56,964 bases of DNA from an uncultured Porphyromonadaceae bacterium (GTDB lineage Bacteria; Bacteroidota; Bacteroidia; Bacteroidales; Muribaculaceae), in the NCBI GenBank assembly GCA_947176335.1, contig CAMWQE010000001.1, positions 1-56,964 on the forward strand, read 5' to 3'. The position numbers and the translations under genes are program-made. Under the pieces are notes generated by a model. It saw nothing but the letters and a program-made list of their open reading frames with translations. It searched no databases and had not been told where the DNA came from. Numbering within the stretch: position 1 is the first letter of the stretch; each line of letters starts with the position of its first letter. Below, piece by piece: positions 1-9,514 of the stretch.

Positions 1-249
1 GCGGAAACACCCGGACTTGGATCAGAAATTGAAAAACCTCCATTCAGAGACAAGATTGATGGCAAAGAGCTAATTAAAAACGGTGAGTTCATGCCAATAG
101 CCGTAGTGAAAGCAGGTCAAAAACCAGCAGGCAACGAGGACTATGTGGATGGAGTGAGCGGCGGTACTATCACCAGCAAGGGTGTTGGGGCGATGCTTGG
201 CAACTGCCTTGAACCTTACCGCACATTCCTTATAAACCTTAGCAAATAA
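1..249 (+). CDS. nqrC: Na+-translocating NADH:quinone reductase subunit C, 3' part (5' end outside window)
   Basis: Frame 1 reads ETPGLGSEI...[13 protein letters not shown] (FMN-attachment motif), stop TAA at 247-249, directly before nqrD. Confidence 0.92.
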   Translation, partial: AETPGLGSEIEKPPFRDKIDGKELIKNGEFMPIAVVKAGQKPAGNEDYVDGVSGGTITSKGVGAMLGNCLEPYRTFLINLSK

Positions 250-254
250 CAGCC

Positions 255-881
255 ATGGCAGAAAAGATATCAAACAAGAGCGTATTATTCAATCCGCTGT
301 CAAAGAACAACCCCGTTGTTGTGCAGGTGCTGGGCATCTGTTCGGTTCTGGCGGTGACAGCGAAACTTGAACCGGCGATAGTGATGGGAATATCAGTTAT
401 CGCAGTCCTAGCGTTTTCAAATGTCATCATCTCGCTTATCCGCAATACAATTCCTACAAACATCCGCATCATAGTGCAGCTTGTGGTTGTTGCGGGACTC
501 GTGGTGATTGTTGACCAGCTCCTCAAGGCATACGCCTACGATGTGAGCAAGCAGCTCTCCGTATTTATCGGACTCATAATCACCAACTGCATACTCATGG
601 GTCGACTTGAGGCTTTTGCAATGGCGAACCGCCCTTTCCCATCGTTTCTTGACGGAATAGGCAACGGTCTCGGCTACACTATCATCCTCATAATAGTCGG
701 ATTCTTCCGTGAGCTTTTCGGCAGCGGCACTCTCCTCGGCTACCAGGTTGTGCCGGACAGCTTCTATGAGGCGGGTTATGTGAACAACGGGCTTATGATT
801 CTGCCCCCTATGGCGCTTATTGTCGTAGCTTGCATTATCTGGGTACAGCGCGCCCGCAATAAAGACCTTCAGGAACCTTGA
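255..881 (+). CDS. nqrD: Na+-NQR subunit D
   Basis: [18 protein letters not shown] and [17 protein letters not shown] motifs; hydrophobic; operon order. Confidence 0.95.
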   Translation: MAEKISNKSVLFNPLSKNNPVVVQVLGICSVLAVTAKLEPAIVMGISVIAVLAFSNVIISLIRNTIPTNIRIIVQLVVVAGLVVIVDQLLKAYAYDVSKQLSVFIGLIITNCILMGRLEAFAMANRPFPSFLDGIGNGLGYTIILIIVGFFRELFGSGTLLGYQVVPDSFYEAGYVNNGLMILPPMALIVVACIIWVQRARNKDLQEP

Positions 882-900
882 CCAAAGCTAATATCAAGAT

Positions 901-1518
901 ATGGAAAATCTGAATATATTCATCAGGTCGATTTTTGTCGACAACATGATTTTCGCTTACTTTCTTGGCATGTGCTCCTTCCTTGCCGTGTCCAAGAACG
1001 TAAAGACTGCTTTCGGGCTCGGAGTAGCAGTGACATTCATGCTTGTAATCACTCTTCCGGCGAACTATCTTCTTGAAACATACGTGCTCAAAGCAGGGGC
1101 TTTGGCGTGGCTCGGTCCCGAGTACGCGGATGTAGACCTGAGCTTTCTTTCGCTTATAATGTTCATCGCGGTTATAGCCTCCATGACGCAGCTTGTGGAA
1201 ATGGCGGTAGAGAAGTTCAGTCCTGCGCTTTACTCCTCGCTTGGTATCTTCCTGCCCCTCATAGCGGTAAACTGTGCTATTCTCGGTGGCTCGCTGTTCA
1301 TGCAACAGCGCGACTTCCCGAGCGTGTGGACAGCAGTCTGTGCCGGAGGCGGCTGGGGTCTCGGCTGGCTCCTCGCCATTGTGGCAATCGCAGCAATCCG
1401 CGAGCGCATCGCCACATACTCCAATATTCCCGCCCCCCTTCGCGGCACCGGCATAACATTTATAATCACCGCACTCATGGGCATCGCGTTTATGAGTTTC
1501 CTCGGCATAAAAATCTGA
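901..1518 (+). CDS. nqrE: Na+-NQR subunit E
   Basis: FLGMCSFLAVS and GIFLPLIAVNCAILGG motifs. Confidence 0.95.
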   Translation: MENLNIFIRSIFVDNMIFAYFLGMCSFLAVSKNVKTAFGLGVAVTFMLVITLPANYLLETYVLKAGALAWLGPEYADVDLSFLSLIMFIAVIASMTQLVEMAVEKFSPALYSSLGIFLPLIAVNCAILGGSLFMQQRDFPSVWTAVCAGGGWGLGWLLAIVAIAAIRERIATYSNIPAPLRGTGITFIITALMGIAFMSFLGIKI

Positions 1519-1522
1519 AGAT

Positions 1523-2827
1523 ATGGCAACAAACACTATATTCTGTTTCAGCCCGGCGGGCACTCTGACAATAATTGCCGGTGTGACGGTTTTTCTCGCC
1601 GTTACAATAATACTTGTATGCATTCTGCTCGTTGCAAAACGCTACCTCGTGCATTCCGGCAAGGTGCATATTATAATCAATAATGACCGTGACGTCACCG
1701 CCGATTCCGGCAAATCTCTGCTCAGCACCATGGCGGACAACAACATATTCCTGCCAAGCGCATGCGGCGGTAAAGGCAGCTGCGGGCAGTGCAAGGTGCA
1801 GGTATTTGAAGGAGGTGGCGACATACTTCCAACCGAAACCGTGCATTTTTCGCGTAAGCAAATCAAGGATCACTGGCGCCTCGGTTGCCAGGTAAAGGTG
1901 AAGGAGGACATGAAAATCGGCGTGCCTGCATCCGTTCTTGACATTAAGGAGTGGGAATGCGAGGTAATTTCAAACAGGAATGTCGCTACTTTCATCAAGG
2001 AATTCATTGTGGCGCTTCCTCCCGGTCAGCACATGGACTTTATTCCCGGGTCGTATGCACAGATTAAGATTCCTCCATATGAAATGAGTTACGACAAGGA
2101 CATAGACAAGAGCCTTATCGGTGAGGAATATCTGCCGTCATGGGAGAAATTCGGATTGTTTACACTCAAATGTAAGAATACCGAAACCACCGTGCGCGCC
2201 TACTCTATGGCGAACTATCCGGCGGAAGGAGACCGCATAATGCTGACCGTGCGTATTGCAACTCCCCCATTCAAGCCGAAGCCCGAAGTCGGATTCATGG
2301 ATGTGATGCCCGGTATTGCATCAAGCTACATTTTCACGCTCAAACCGGGTGACAAAGTTATCATGAGTGGACCTTACGGTGATTTCCACCCGATTTTCGA
2401 CAGTAAGAAAGAGATGATGTGGATTGGCGGCGGTGCCGGAATGGCACCTTTGAGAGCGCAGATCATGCATATGACCAAAACGCTCAAGACAACCGATAGG
2501 ATTATGAATTACTTCTATGGCGCAAGGGCACTCAACGAAGTATTTTACCTTGACGATTTCCTGCAGCTGGAGAAGGAGTTTCCGAACTTCAAATTCCACC
2601 TCGCCCTTGACCGTCCCGACCCTGCCGCAGATGCAGCGGGCGTGAAATATACTCCGGGCTTCGTCCATCAGGTCATTTACGACACATACCTCAAGAACCA
2701 CGAGAATCCGGAAGATATCGAATACTACATGTGCGGTCCCGGTCCTATGAGCAAGGCTGTAGAAGGTATGCTGGACAACCTTGGGGTTGATCCCGAAAGC
2801 ATCCACTATGATAATTTCGGCGGATAA
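1523..2827 (+). CDS. nqrF: Na+-NQR subunit F
   Basis: 2Fe-2S motif CGGKGSCGQC, RAYSMA, GGGAGMAP, YYMCGP, C-terminal DNFGG. Confidence 0.96.
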   Translation: MATNTIFCFSPAGTLTIIAGVTVFLAVTIILVCILLVAKRYLVHSGKVHIIINNDRDVTADSGKSLLSTMADNNIFLPSACGGKGSCGQCKVQVFEGGGDILPTETVHFSRKQIKDHWRLGCQVKVKEDMKIGVPASVLDIKEWECEVISNRNVATFIKEFIVALPPGQHMDFIPGSYAQIKIPPYEMSYDKDIDKSLIGEEYLPSWEKFGLFTLKCKNTETTVRAYSMANYPAEGDRIMLTVRIATPPFKPKPEVGFMDVMPGIASSYIFTLKPGDKVIMSGPYGDFHPIFDSKKEMMWIGGGAGMAPLRAQIMHMTKTLKTTDRIMNYFYGARALNEVFYLDDFLQLEKEFPNFKFHLALDRPDPAADAAGVKYTPGFVHQVIYDTYLKNHENPEDIEYYMCGPGPMSKAVEGMLDNLGVDPESIHYDNFGG

Positions 2828-2832
2828 TCCGT

Positions 2833-3606
2833 TCAGATTTTGAAAAGACTTTTAGCGTTGGCAGTGGTTATCCCTGCCAGCGCTTCTTTTTCCACACCGA
2901 GTTTATCGGCAATGAACTGTGCCGTATGGACTATGTACGCACTCTCATTCTGCTTGCCGCGCATAGGCACAGGCGCAAGGTATGGTGCATCGGTTTCAAG
3001 GAGAATCCTCTCAGGAGTGATATCAGGCAGAACAGAGAACAGAGGACATTTCTTAAAAGTCACTATGCCGTTTATCCCGAAATAAAAATCTCCCGCAATA
3101 TTACGAATCCTCTCCACATCTTCTTTGGTTCCACCAAAACTGTGGAACACTCCTTTCATGCCCCGATGTCCCTCAAACACCTCCAAGGTTTCATCAAGAG
3201 CCTCACGGCAATGTATTATCACAGGCAGATTATGTTGCTCCGCAAGTGCAAGCTGTCTGTCAAGGATGTCCATCTGCTTTGCCGAGAATGTTTTATCCCA
3301 ATAGAGATCCATACCTATCTCACCGACCGCAACCCATCGGGTCGGATTTGAGTTAAACTCAGTCAAAACCGTAGCGAAATCTGTATCTGCGGATTCGTTA
3401 ATCTCAGTAGGGTGGAGTCCCATTGCCATTGACGTTACCTCCGGAAACAGGTCATGCAGTTTCTTCATGCGCGGAATGGAATCAAGTCCCACATTCGGGA
3501 AAACCATGTGGCTGACTCCGGCATCAAGTGCCCGGCGCACTGTTTCTGCCGGATTCGGATCAAAGTCCTCCAGATAGAGATGGGTATGAGTGTCTATAAT
3601 GCTCAT
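2833..3606 (-). CDS. tatD: TatD family nuclease/hydrolase
   Basis: IDTHTHL, GLHP, VGEIGMD, IIHCR, LLETDAPYLAP motifs. Confidence 0.92.
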   Translation of the reverse strand: MSIIDTHTHLYLEDFDPNPAETVRRALDAGVSHMVFPNVGLDSIPRMKKLHDLFPEVTSMAMGLHPTEINESADTDFATVLTEFNSNPTRWVAVGEIGMDLYWDKTFSAKQMDILDRQLALAEQHNLPVIIHCREALDETLEVFEGHRGMKGVFHSFGGTKEDVERIRNIAGDFYFGINGIVTFKKCPLFSVLPDITPERILLETDAPYLAPVPMRGKQNESAYIVHTAQFIADKLGVEKEALAGITTANAKSLFKI

Positions 3607-4568
3607 TTGGTACGCATCACAGAGTTTATCGCAAGTGACTCAAAGAAATTCCTTGCTTCGGCATCCAGATTGATTCCTTTCAGGCACTCAACTGCCTCAG
3701 ACGCATATTTTTCTTCAAGAGCGCGACATCTATCGGATAGCATCAGGGCATCATATACCCCCCTGACCTTCTCAATCTTCTCCTTAGGTTCAACCTTAGA
3801 ACCTAAAACTTCAGCAAGCGCACCGGAAGTGTCTTCGGCAATAGCGTTAATCAGCAGCCATGTTTTTTTCTCGTTCACAATGTCACCGCCAATCTCCTTA
3901 CCGAAAGTCGCTGAATCGCCATAAGTGTCAAGCCAATCATCCTTCAACTGGAAAGACAACCCGAGTTTTTCACCATAAGAATAGAATGCCTTTACAGCCT
4001 CCTCAGCCGCCCCTGCCATTATTGCACCCATAGCGCAAGCACATCCGAGGAGCACCGATGTCTTCAGGCGAATCATTTCCATATATTCCTTTACAGTCAC
4101 ATCGGTGCGGGACTCAAAGTCCATGTCATACTGCTGTCCCTCATATATTTCCATCGCGGTGGTATTGAATAGGTCCAATACTTCGGGGAGCTGTACTGAG
4201 TCGCAACCTTTCATCACAATCATGTCGGCAAGGGTAAGCATCGCATCACCGCTGAGAATAGCCGTACTCTCCGAGTATTTCCTGTGGACGGTAGGACGCC
4301 CGCGCCTGACATCAGCCTTGTCCATTACATCATCATGCAGCAAGGTGAAGTTATGGAACATCTCCACCCCTATCGCCTGGTTTACAGCCGCCCCGGGATT
4401 ACCGCAAAGAGCATCTGCTACAGAAAGAACCAGAACAGGGCGAAGCCTCTTGCCTCCTGCTTCAAGTGCATATTTTATAGGAGCATACAGTCCTGCAGGT
4501 TGCTTGTCAAGAGGGAGAGCCGAAATTGCCTCTTCAATTATCCGGGTGTACTGAGCCACTGTTTTCAT
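3603..4568 (-). CDS. Polyprenyl diphosphate synthase (IspA-like)
   Basis: GGKRLRP, LLHDDVMD...RRGRPT, GQQYDM, FQLKDDWLD. Confidence 0.92.
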   Translation of the reverse strand: MKTVAQYTRIIEEAISALPLDKQPAGLYAPIKYALEAGGKRLRPVLVLSVADALCGNPGAAVNQAIGVEMFHNFTLLHDDVMDKADVRRGRPTVHRKYSESTAILSGDAMLTLADMIVMKGCDSVQLPEVLDLFNTTAMEIYEGQQYDMDFESRTDVTVKEYMEMIRLKTSVLLGCACAMGAIMAGAAEEAVKAFYSYGEKLGLSFQLKDDWLDTYGDSATFGKEIGGDIVNEKKTWLLINAIAEDTSGALAEVLGSKVEPKEKIEKVRGVYDALMLSDRCRALEEKYASEAVECLKGINLDAEARNFFESLAINSVMRTK

Positions 4569-5049
4569 TTTCTAATCTTTTTATGCGTTTGCGTGCTGCT
4601 TCAAGCGAGTTGGTGAACTCAGATGCAGCAGCATCATTATCTTTCAGTATCTCTTCAAGTTCTATAATCAGAGGAGCATTATCGAGCTGACGCGCTATCA
4701 TAGACGCGACTTTGCCGGGAGTATTCATCATAAGCAAAAGATGCGCCTGCTTGCGCGGTGAGAGTCGTGCTGAAATGCTGTCAAACGCTGTAATAAAACG
4801 GCGAGCACTGTCCGTTGCTCCAATCGTGTCGTAATACATCAATATATTTGCCGAAAGAGTCCGGGAAAACTCCCTGTCTGCAGTATCCCCGTCCTCAAGC
4901 CAGTCAATAATCTTACGCGCGGCTTTCTCCGGCGAATATTCTTCCGCCAGAATTTTTGCCTGTTCATCAGGGGATACATCAGATGAAACAGCACGTCCGC
5001 AGGAACTGAAAACCGCGATAATGGTGGCTATGTAAAGTAAATTTCTCAT
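4534..5049 (-). CDS. Hypothetical lipoprotein
   Basis: Signal peptide with lipobox FSSC; promoter element just upstream; overlaps next gene. Confidence 0.65.
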   Translation of the reverse strand: MRNLLYIATIIAVFSSCGRAVSSDVSPDEQAKILAEEYSPEKAARKIIDWLEDGDTADREFSRTLSANILMYYDTIGATDSARRFITAFDSISARLSPRKQAHLLLMMNTPGKVASMIARQLDNAPLIIELEEILKDNDAAASEFTNSLEAARKRIKRLENENSGSVHPDN

Positions 5050-5057
5050 TTATACTG

Positions 5058-5075
5058 CAAAGATAACTAATTTTG
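5058..5075. promoter_or_regulatory. Back-to-back divergent primary-sigma -7 elements
   Basis: TATCTTTG on minus (5058-5065) and TAATTTTG on plus (5068-5075) match Bacteroidetes TAnnTTTG. Confidence 0.6.
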
Positions 5076-5099
5076 CATCGTAAATACGATTAGATTATT

Positions 5100-5291
5100 A
5101 TGGAAAATGATTTCAGCAAACTGCCGGCTGATCCGGCAATGCTTTTAAGCGTGGTAAACATGAAGTTGCGTGACAATTACAACAATCTGGAGGAATTGTG
5201 CGAAGACATGCACTTCAACATGGACTCATTCATAGGATATATGGCATCGAAAGGATGGGAATTCAACCGGGAAGCAAAAAAATTCTGGTGA
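5100..5291 (+). CDS. DUF4250 family small protein
   Basis: LPADPAMLLSVVNMKLRDNY..LEELCEDM signature. Confidence 0.85.
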   Translation: MENDFSKLPADPAMLLSVVNMKLRDNYNNLEELCEDMHFNMDSFIGYMASKGWEFNREAKKFW

Positions 5292-5293
5292 GG

Positions 5294-5330
5294 TGTAACC
5301 AAATGCCCTCCATTTCCCTCTAATAGATGA
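5294..5330 (+). promoter_or_regulatory. Putative ECF-sigma promoter (copy 1)
   Basis: TGTAAC-N11-CATTTCCCTCTAATA-N-ATGA upstream of ECF operon; same motif and spacing at 34492-34528. Confidence 0.7.
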
Positions 5331-5366
5331 GTTCAACTTAAAAGAGATAATTAAAACTTCAAAAGC

Positions 5367-5990
5367 ATGATAGAAAAATTACTTAAACTATTGGTTTGCG
5401 CTACAGTTGCCACCATAGCTATGACCGGATGCACCATCCATGAATCCTCCGGAAGAATCAGCGAATTTGACCGGCAGGCAATCGCCGAACAAATCAGAAT
5501 GGAACTTGCCACAATTCCATCCATTGATTCCATTGCCAATACCCCGGTAATCGTGTCACCTACAATCACAGTTGATTCACGTGAGAAAAGCGATATCAGA
5601 GAAGTGTTAAAGATGTGTGTAATCTGTATTCCTTTCCTATTTGTAATAGCTGTGCTATGGATTTACTTCCACTACACAAGAATAAATCTTCTGTCAAAAT
5701 ATCAGGTGATTAACAATGCCATAGACAAAGGAATAGAACTCCCGGACGCATTTTACAGAGGGAACAAGTCCAAATTTACCAGAGGAAACACCAAGTTGCT
5801 GTCCAACGGCATGATATGGATTGCTTTCGGCATCACAGGCATTATTTTCTTCGGCATTGTAGATAGCGAAGAGATGCAGGCACTATGTGTTCTCCCTGTG
5901 CTCGTGGGTATTACCAAAATCGTATCTTTCATGGTTGAAAAACGTTCTCTAAGCGCAAGCGACAAGAGCACGGATGTTGACGAAATTTGA
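5367..5990 (+). CDS. DUF6249-like membrane protein with N-terminal lipobox
   Basis: MTGC lipobox, three hydrophobic segments, AIDKGIELP motif; overlaps sigma start. Confidence 0.7.
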   Translation: MIEKLLKLLVCATVATIAMTGCTIHESSGRISEFDRQAIAEQIRMELATIPSIDSIANTPVIVSPTITVDSREKSDIREVLKMCVICIPFLFVIAVLWIYFHYTRINLLSKYQVINNAIDKGIELPDAFYRGNKSKFTRGNTKLLSNGMIWIAFGITGIIFFGIVDSEEMQALCVLPVLVGITKIVSFMVEKRSLSASDKSTDVDEI

Positions 5991-6513
5991 GGAAATATCA
6001 CTAATAGCCCGATGCGTGGCGGCAGACGACCGCCACGCTTTCGGCAAGCTTGTCGAGGAGTATCAGGACAGCCTGCGCCGCTTCATCTTTAACCTGACCG
6101 GAGGTGACGCAGCACTGACCGATGACATTGCCCAGGAAACTTTTCTGAAGGCATACACATCAATACGCTCCTTCAAAGGGCTTGCACGCTTCAAGACATG
6201 GCTATATAAAATAGCCTATCGGGAATACCTTGCCTTGAAAAAAGAGGTATCGGACTCCGCATCCCTTGACGAAGCTACAGGAATTGTCGACAGCAACCTC
6301 ACACCGGAAGGGGAAACACAGACCAAACACGATGTGAATGTCGCCCTTAATTCCCTCAATGAAACAGAACGTACTCTTGTGCTGCTGTTTTACATGGAGG
6401 ACCAACCGATAAAGAAAATAGCAAATATAACCGACCTGCCGGAAGGAACAGTAAAAGTCTATCTCTCCCGCGCACGCAACAAAATGGCAAAAGCCCTTAA
6501 CAACGCATTATGA
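5974..6513 (+). CDS. ECF RNA polymerase sigma factor
   Basis: Region 2 DDIAQETFLKAY...FKTWLYKIAY; region 4 IKKIANITDLPEGTVKVYLSRAR. Confidence 0.95.
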   Translation: MLTKFEEISLIARCVAADDRHAFGKLVEEYQDSLRRFIFNLTGGDAALTDDIAQETFLKAYTSIRSFKGLARFKTWLYKIAYREYLALKKEVSDSASLDEATGIVDSNLTPEGETQTKHDVNVALNSLNETERTLVLLFYMEDQPIKKIANITDLPEGTVKVYLSRARNKMAKALNNAL

Positions 6514-6842
6514 AGAATACCAACAAAACCGACCGTCAACTGAGCGAATTACTGAAATCAAACCTGCCGGACGCTCCATACAATCCCTGGTTTACCAGAA
6601 CAGTTCTCAACCGCCTACCGGAGAAGAAGAAACGTACCGCCGCAAATATCGAAATATGGGTTTGTGTGATAGGTGCAATAATCACTACTGTTTTCGGGGT
6701 GCGTTATGCCATTGAATCATATTCATCAGACTACATAACCGTTCAGACTCTTGTTGGCTACGGGATATACCTCACTCTTTTTGGTGCTCTTGTCGCCAAT
6801 ATTGCCATGCCGCTTGTCAAAAGAGGTATCAGTAGAGGTTGA
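6510..6842 (+). CDS. DUF5056-like membrane protein, probable anti-sigma factor
   Basis: FTRTVLNRLP motif plus two TM helices; ATGA overlap with sigma gene. Confidence 0.65.
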   Translation: MKNTNKTDRQLSELLKSNLPDAPYNPWFTRTVLNRLPEKKKRTAANIEIWVCVIGAIITTVFGVRYAIESYSSDYITVQTLVGYGIYLTLFGALVANIAMPLVKRGISRG

Positions 6843-6879
6843 ATCCACTATAGTATTTTTATTTCCATAAACTCACAGC

Positions 6880-8478
6880 TTAATCAACAATAAACTGGCG
6901 CACGTTGGTGCGGAGTAGCTTGCGGATAGTTCTCCATTTAGGAAATATCACGCTCGGACGTACCGGTCCGTAACCTACTATCATGACAATCAACGCAATA
7001 ATTGCCGCTATTGCCAGCCATCCGTAAATCTCTTTCATCGACACTACAAGAGCCTGAAGCTGAACCGTGCCGTATAGTTGCCCTAACGGCATATTACTCG
7101 CGACAATATTCGTATCGGTCATTGCTGATCCAATCAGAGCGGAGTTTTTTGCCATGCAGTGGCGCAGGAATTCCCCGATTAGTGCCGGTCCGAGGGTCGC
7201 TCCCATGACAGCTCCGGTAAATCCGTTGATTGTCAATGCTTGAGGAAACACAAAGAAATGCATCCCTCCTTGAAGTATTGAGGTGAGGAATACAATGGAG
7301 ATTATCACCGATGCAGCCCCACGAGCAAAGAGCGGTAAGAACAGCATCTCTTTTTCAACTCCATAGTCAATAAGGAAATAGAAATATGCGAGATAAACCA
7401 GGGCTAGGGCAAATCCTATAGCAGTCATTGTTCGGTAACGCCAACGACGGAGAGCAAAAGTCAGATAAGTGAATATGCATCCCGTCACTATTCCTGCAAA
7501 AACATACCAGTTGAGGTCTATGAGGTTAGTCTCATCAAATCCAAGCACTGACGCGGCATAACTGTGCTCGAAAACGTGCTCTGTGCCGAGTAAAGTGAAA
7601 AATATCAGGTAAATTAGGGTTGCACGGAGTACATTGCGGTTCGTCAACGCAGTAAAAGATATATATGGGTGATGGAGAAAGGAGGCACGCCAGAGATTGA
7701 TTGCCGTGCAAGCGACTCCCGTAATTGCCGCCCCAATTATCTCTTCCGATTCAGACCATTCATAGAAATTACCATAAACACACACAAATGTGAAGCATAA
7801 CATCGCTATGCTCCATAATCCGGCTCCTATCCAGTCTATTCCAAGCAGAGGAATTTGCATCGGTCCTTTGACCGGTCGAACGAGAATCATCACCAGTAGC
7901 ATCATTAGTGCAAGCATGCCTATCATTATCCACTGCATATACTCCCATTGGAAATAAAATGAGGTATAGACGGTACAGATGCCGCTGAGCTGGATAACAC
8001 TGTCCACCACTATGTAAACATAGCAGAAGAAAATCGCCATATCGCGCACAGGAGTAATCCAAAGCTGGATTGTAGAGTTACAGATGAAAGTCGCCCACAT
8101 CCTTACCCAGCCTGCAACAAAGCAGGATGCTACGAGAAGCGGCACGGATTCAGTTGTCGCCGAAATAAAATTGGCGATTATGAGTATTGTTCCACAGATT
8201 AGCAATCCTACACGGTTTGAAAACCGGAATTTGAGACGGAACATCACGGCAAAGTTAATTGACATTCCTACGAGCATCGCATACCCTGCCATGAGGATAT
8301 CCTCCTGCATCAGTCCGGTGGTTCCAACCATTTCCGATGCAGCAGCGAGATATAATCCTCCTGAGAATTGAATAATCAGCAGGAAGAATATGAAAATCCA
8401 GGGTTTTACGCGGCGGGGAATAAAATTGGGGATATCCGGTATGTCGAAAGCACCCTGGGACTTATGATAGTCAGCCAT
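6880..8478 (-). CDS. MFS-type (EmrB-like) efflux inner-membrane protein
   Basis: Many TM helices, IDWIG motif, third gene of TolC-adaptor operon. Confidence 0.8.
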   Translation of the reverse strand: MADYHKSQGAFDIPDIPNFIPRRVKPWIFIFFLLIIQFSGGLYLAAASEMVGTTGLMQEDILMAGYAMLVGMSINFAVMFRLKFRFSNRVGLLICGTILIIANFISATTESVPLLVASCFVAGWVRMWATFICNSTIQLWITPVRDMAIFFCYVYIVVDSVIQLSGICTVYTSFYFQWEYMQWIMIGMLALMMLLVMILVRPVKGPMQIPLLGIDWIGAGLWSIAMLCFTFVCVYGNFYEWSESEEIIGAAITGVACTAINLWRASFLHHPYISFTALTNRNVLRATLIYLIFFTLLGTEHVFEHSYAASVLGFDETNLIDLNWYVFAGIVTGCIFTYLTFALRRWRYRTMTAIGFALALVYLAYFYFLIDYGVEKEMLFLPLFARGAASVIISIVFLTSILQGGMHFFVFPQALTINGFTGAVMGATLGPALIGEFLRHCMAKNSALIGSAMTDTNIVASNMPLGQLYGTVQLQALVVSMKEIYGWLAIAAIIALIVMIVGYGPVRPSVIFPKWRTIRKLLRTNVRQFIVD

Positions 8479-8479
8479 A

Positions 8480-9514
8480 TCAATACTTCACCTCACATTC
8501 AACGTTCATTCCCGCGCGGAGGCGTTCCATGTCAACAGGTTTGTTTTCGCCGGTAAATTCGATTCTTAACGGTACCCTCTGGCGCACCTTGACAAAGTTT
8601 CCGGCGGAATTGTCCTGGGGCAACAGTGAGATTTCCGCTCCGGTTGCCTTTGACATAGCAGTGACAATACCATTGAAAACAACTCCGGGCACTGCATCAA
8701 CTTTGATTTTCACCTCAGCACCAACGGTAATATGCTTTAACTGCGTTTCCTTGTAATTCGCGGTAATCCAGATGTCCGATGAATCAACGATGTCAAGCAG
8801 GGTCTGCCCCGGCTGTACAAGTTGCCCTATCTGAATTTCCTTCCGGGATGTATATCCATCACATGGTGCGGTAATTACAGTATAAGATAGATGAAGTTCC
8901 GCAGTTTCGAGGAGTGCTTTTGCAAGCTCCACTCCGGCATCATTTTGCGCTATGCGTCCGCGTATTTCCTCAACCACAGTCGTTGTTGCAGAACGTTGGC
9001 GTTTGAGCATATCGTAGCGTGCTTTCTTTGCCTCGTAATCAGTCTTGACGTTATCGAACTGTTGTCTGGTCACTGCCTCCTTTTCAAGGAGCTTACGGTA
9101 TCGGTCGAGTTCTCCTGCAGCATGCTCCATAAGCACTTTCGCTTCAGCAATACTTGCGTCGCTCACAGCTACATTTGACGATGCGGTGCTGACGCTACGG
9201 TCTGCAACTCCACGCCCGGCAACGGCATTCCTGTAATCGGCGCGTGCCTGCGCAACCATTAGGCGCATATCAGCATCGTCAATAATCACAAGGGTATCCC
9301 CTTTTCTCACTTTTTCAAATTCCTTGAAGCGGATTTCCTTTATATATCCCTGTACCCGGCTGTTTACCGGCACAATCTGCTGTTGAATTCTGGCATTGTC
9401 GGTAAACTCAACATTACCAAGGTGGATGAATTTACTGCCTACCCATATTACCGCAGCAATTACTACGATTATCGATATGATGTATGAAAGGATTTTTTTA
9501 TTGCGGTGGTTCAT
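8480..9514 (-). CDS. HlyD/EmrA family periplasmic adaptor
   Basis: TDNA, ANYKETQL, LLPQDNSAGNFVKVRQRVP motifs. Confidence 0.92.
   Translation of the reverse strand: MNHRNKKILSYIISIIVVIAAVIWVGSKFIHLGNVEFTDNARIQQQIVPVNSRVQGYIKEIRFKEFEKVRKGDTLVIIDDADMRLMVAQARADYRNAVAGRGVADRSVSTASSNVAVSDASIAEAKVLMEHAAGELDRYRKLLEKEAVTRQQFDNVKTDYEAKKARYDMLKRQRSATTTVVEEIRGRIAQNDAGVELAKALLETAELHLSYTVITAPCDGYTSRKEIQIGQLVQPGQTLLDIVDSSDIWITANYKETQLKHITVGAEVKIKVDAVPGVVFNGIVTAMSKATGAEISLLPQDNSAGNFVKVRQRVPLRIEFTGENKPVDMERLRAGMNVECEVKY

Noticed and set aside
835-1623. Long antisense ORFs (also 22303-23115, 29308-29871 and many others)
   Set aside because: Shadows of well-supported genes on the opposite strand
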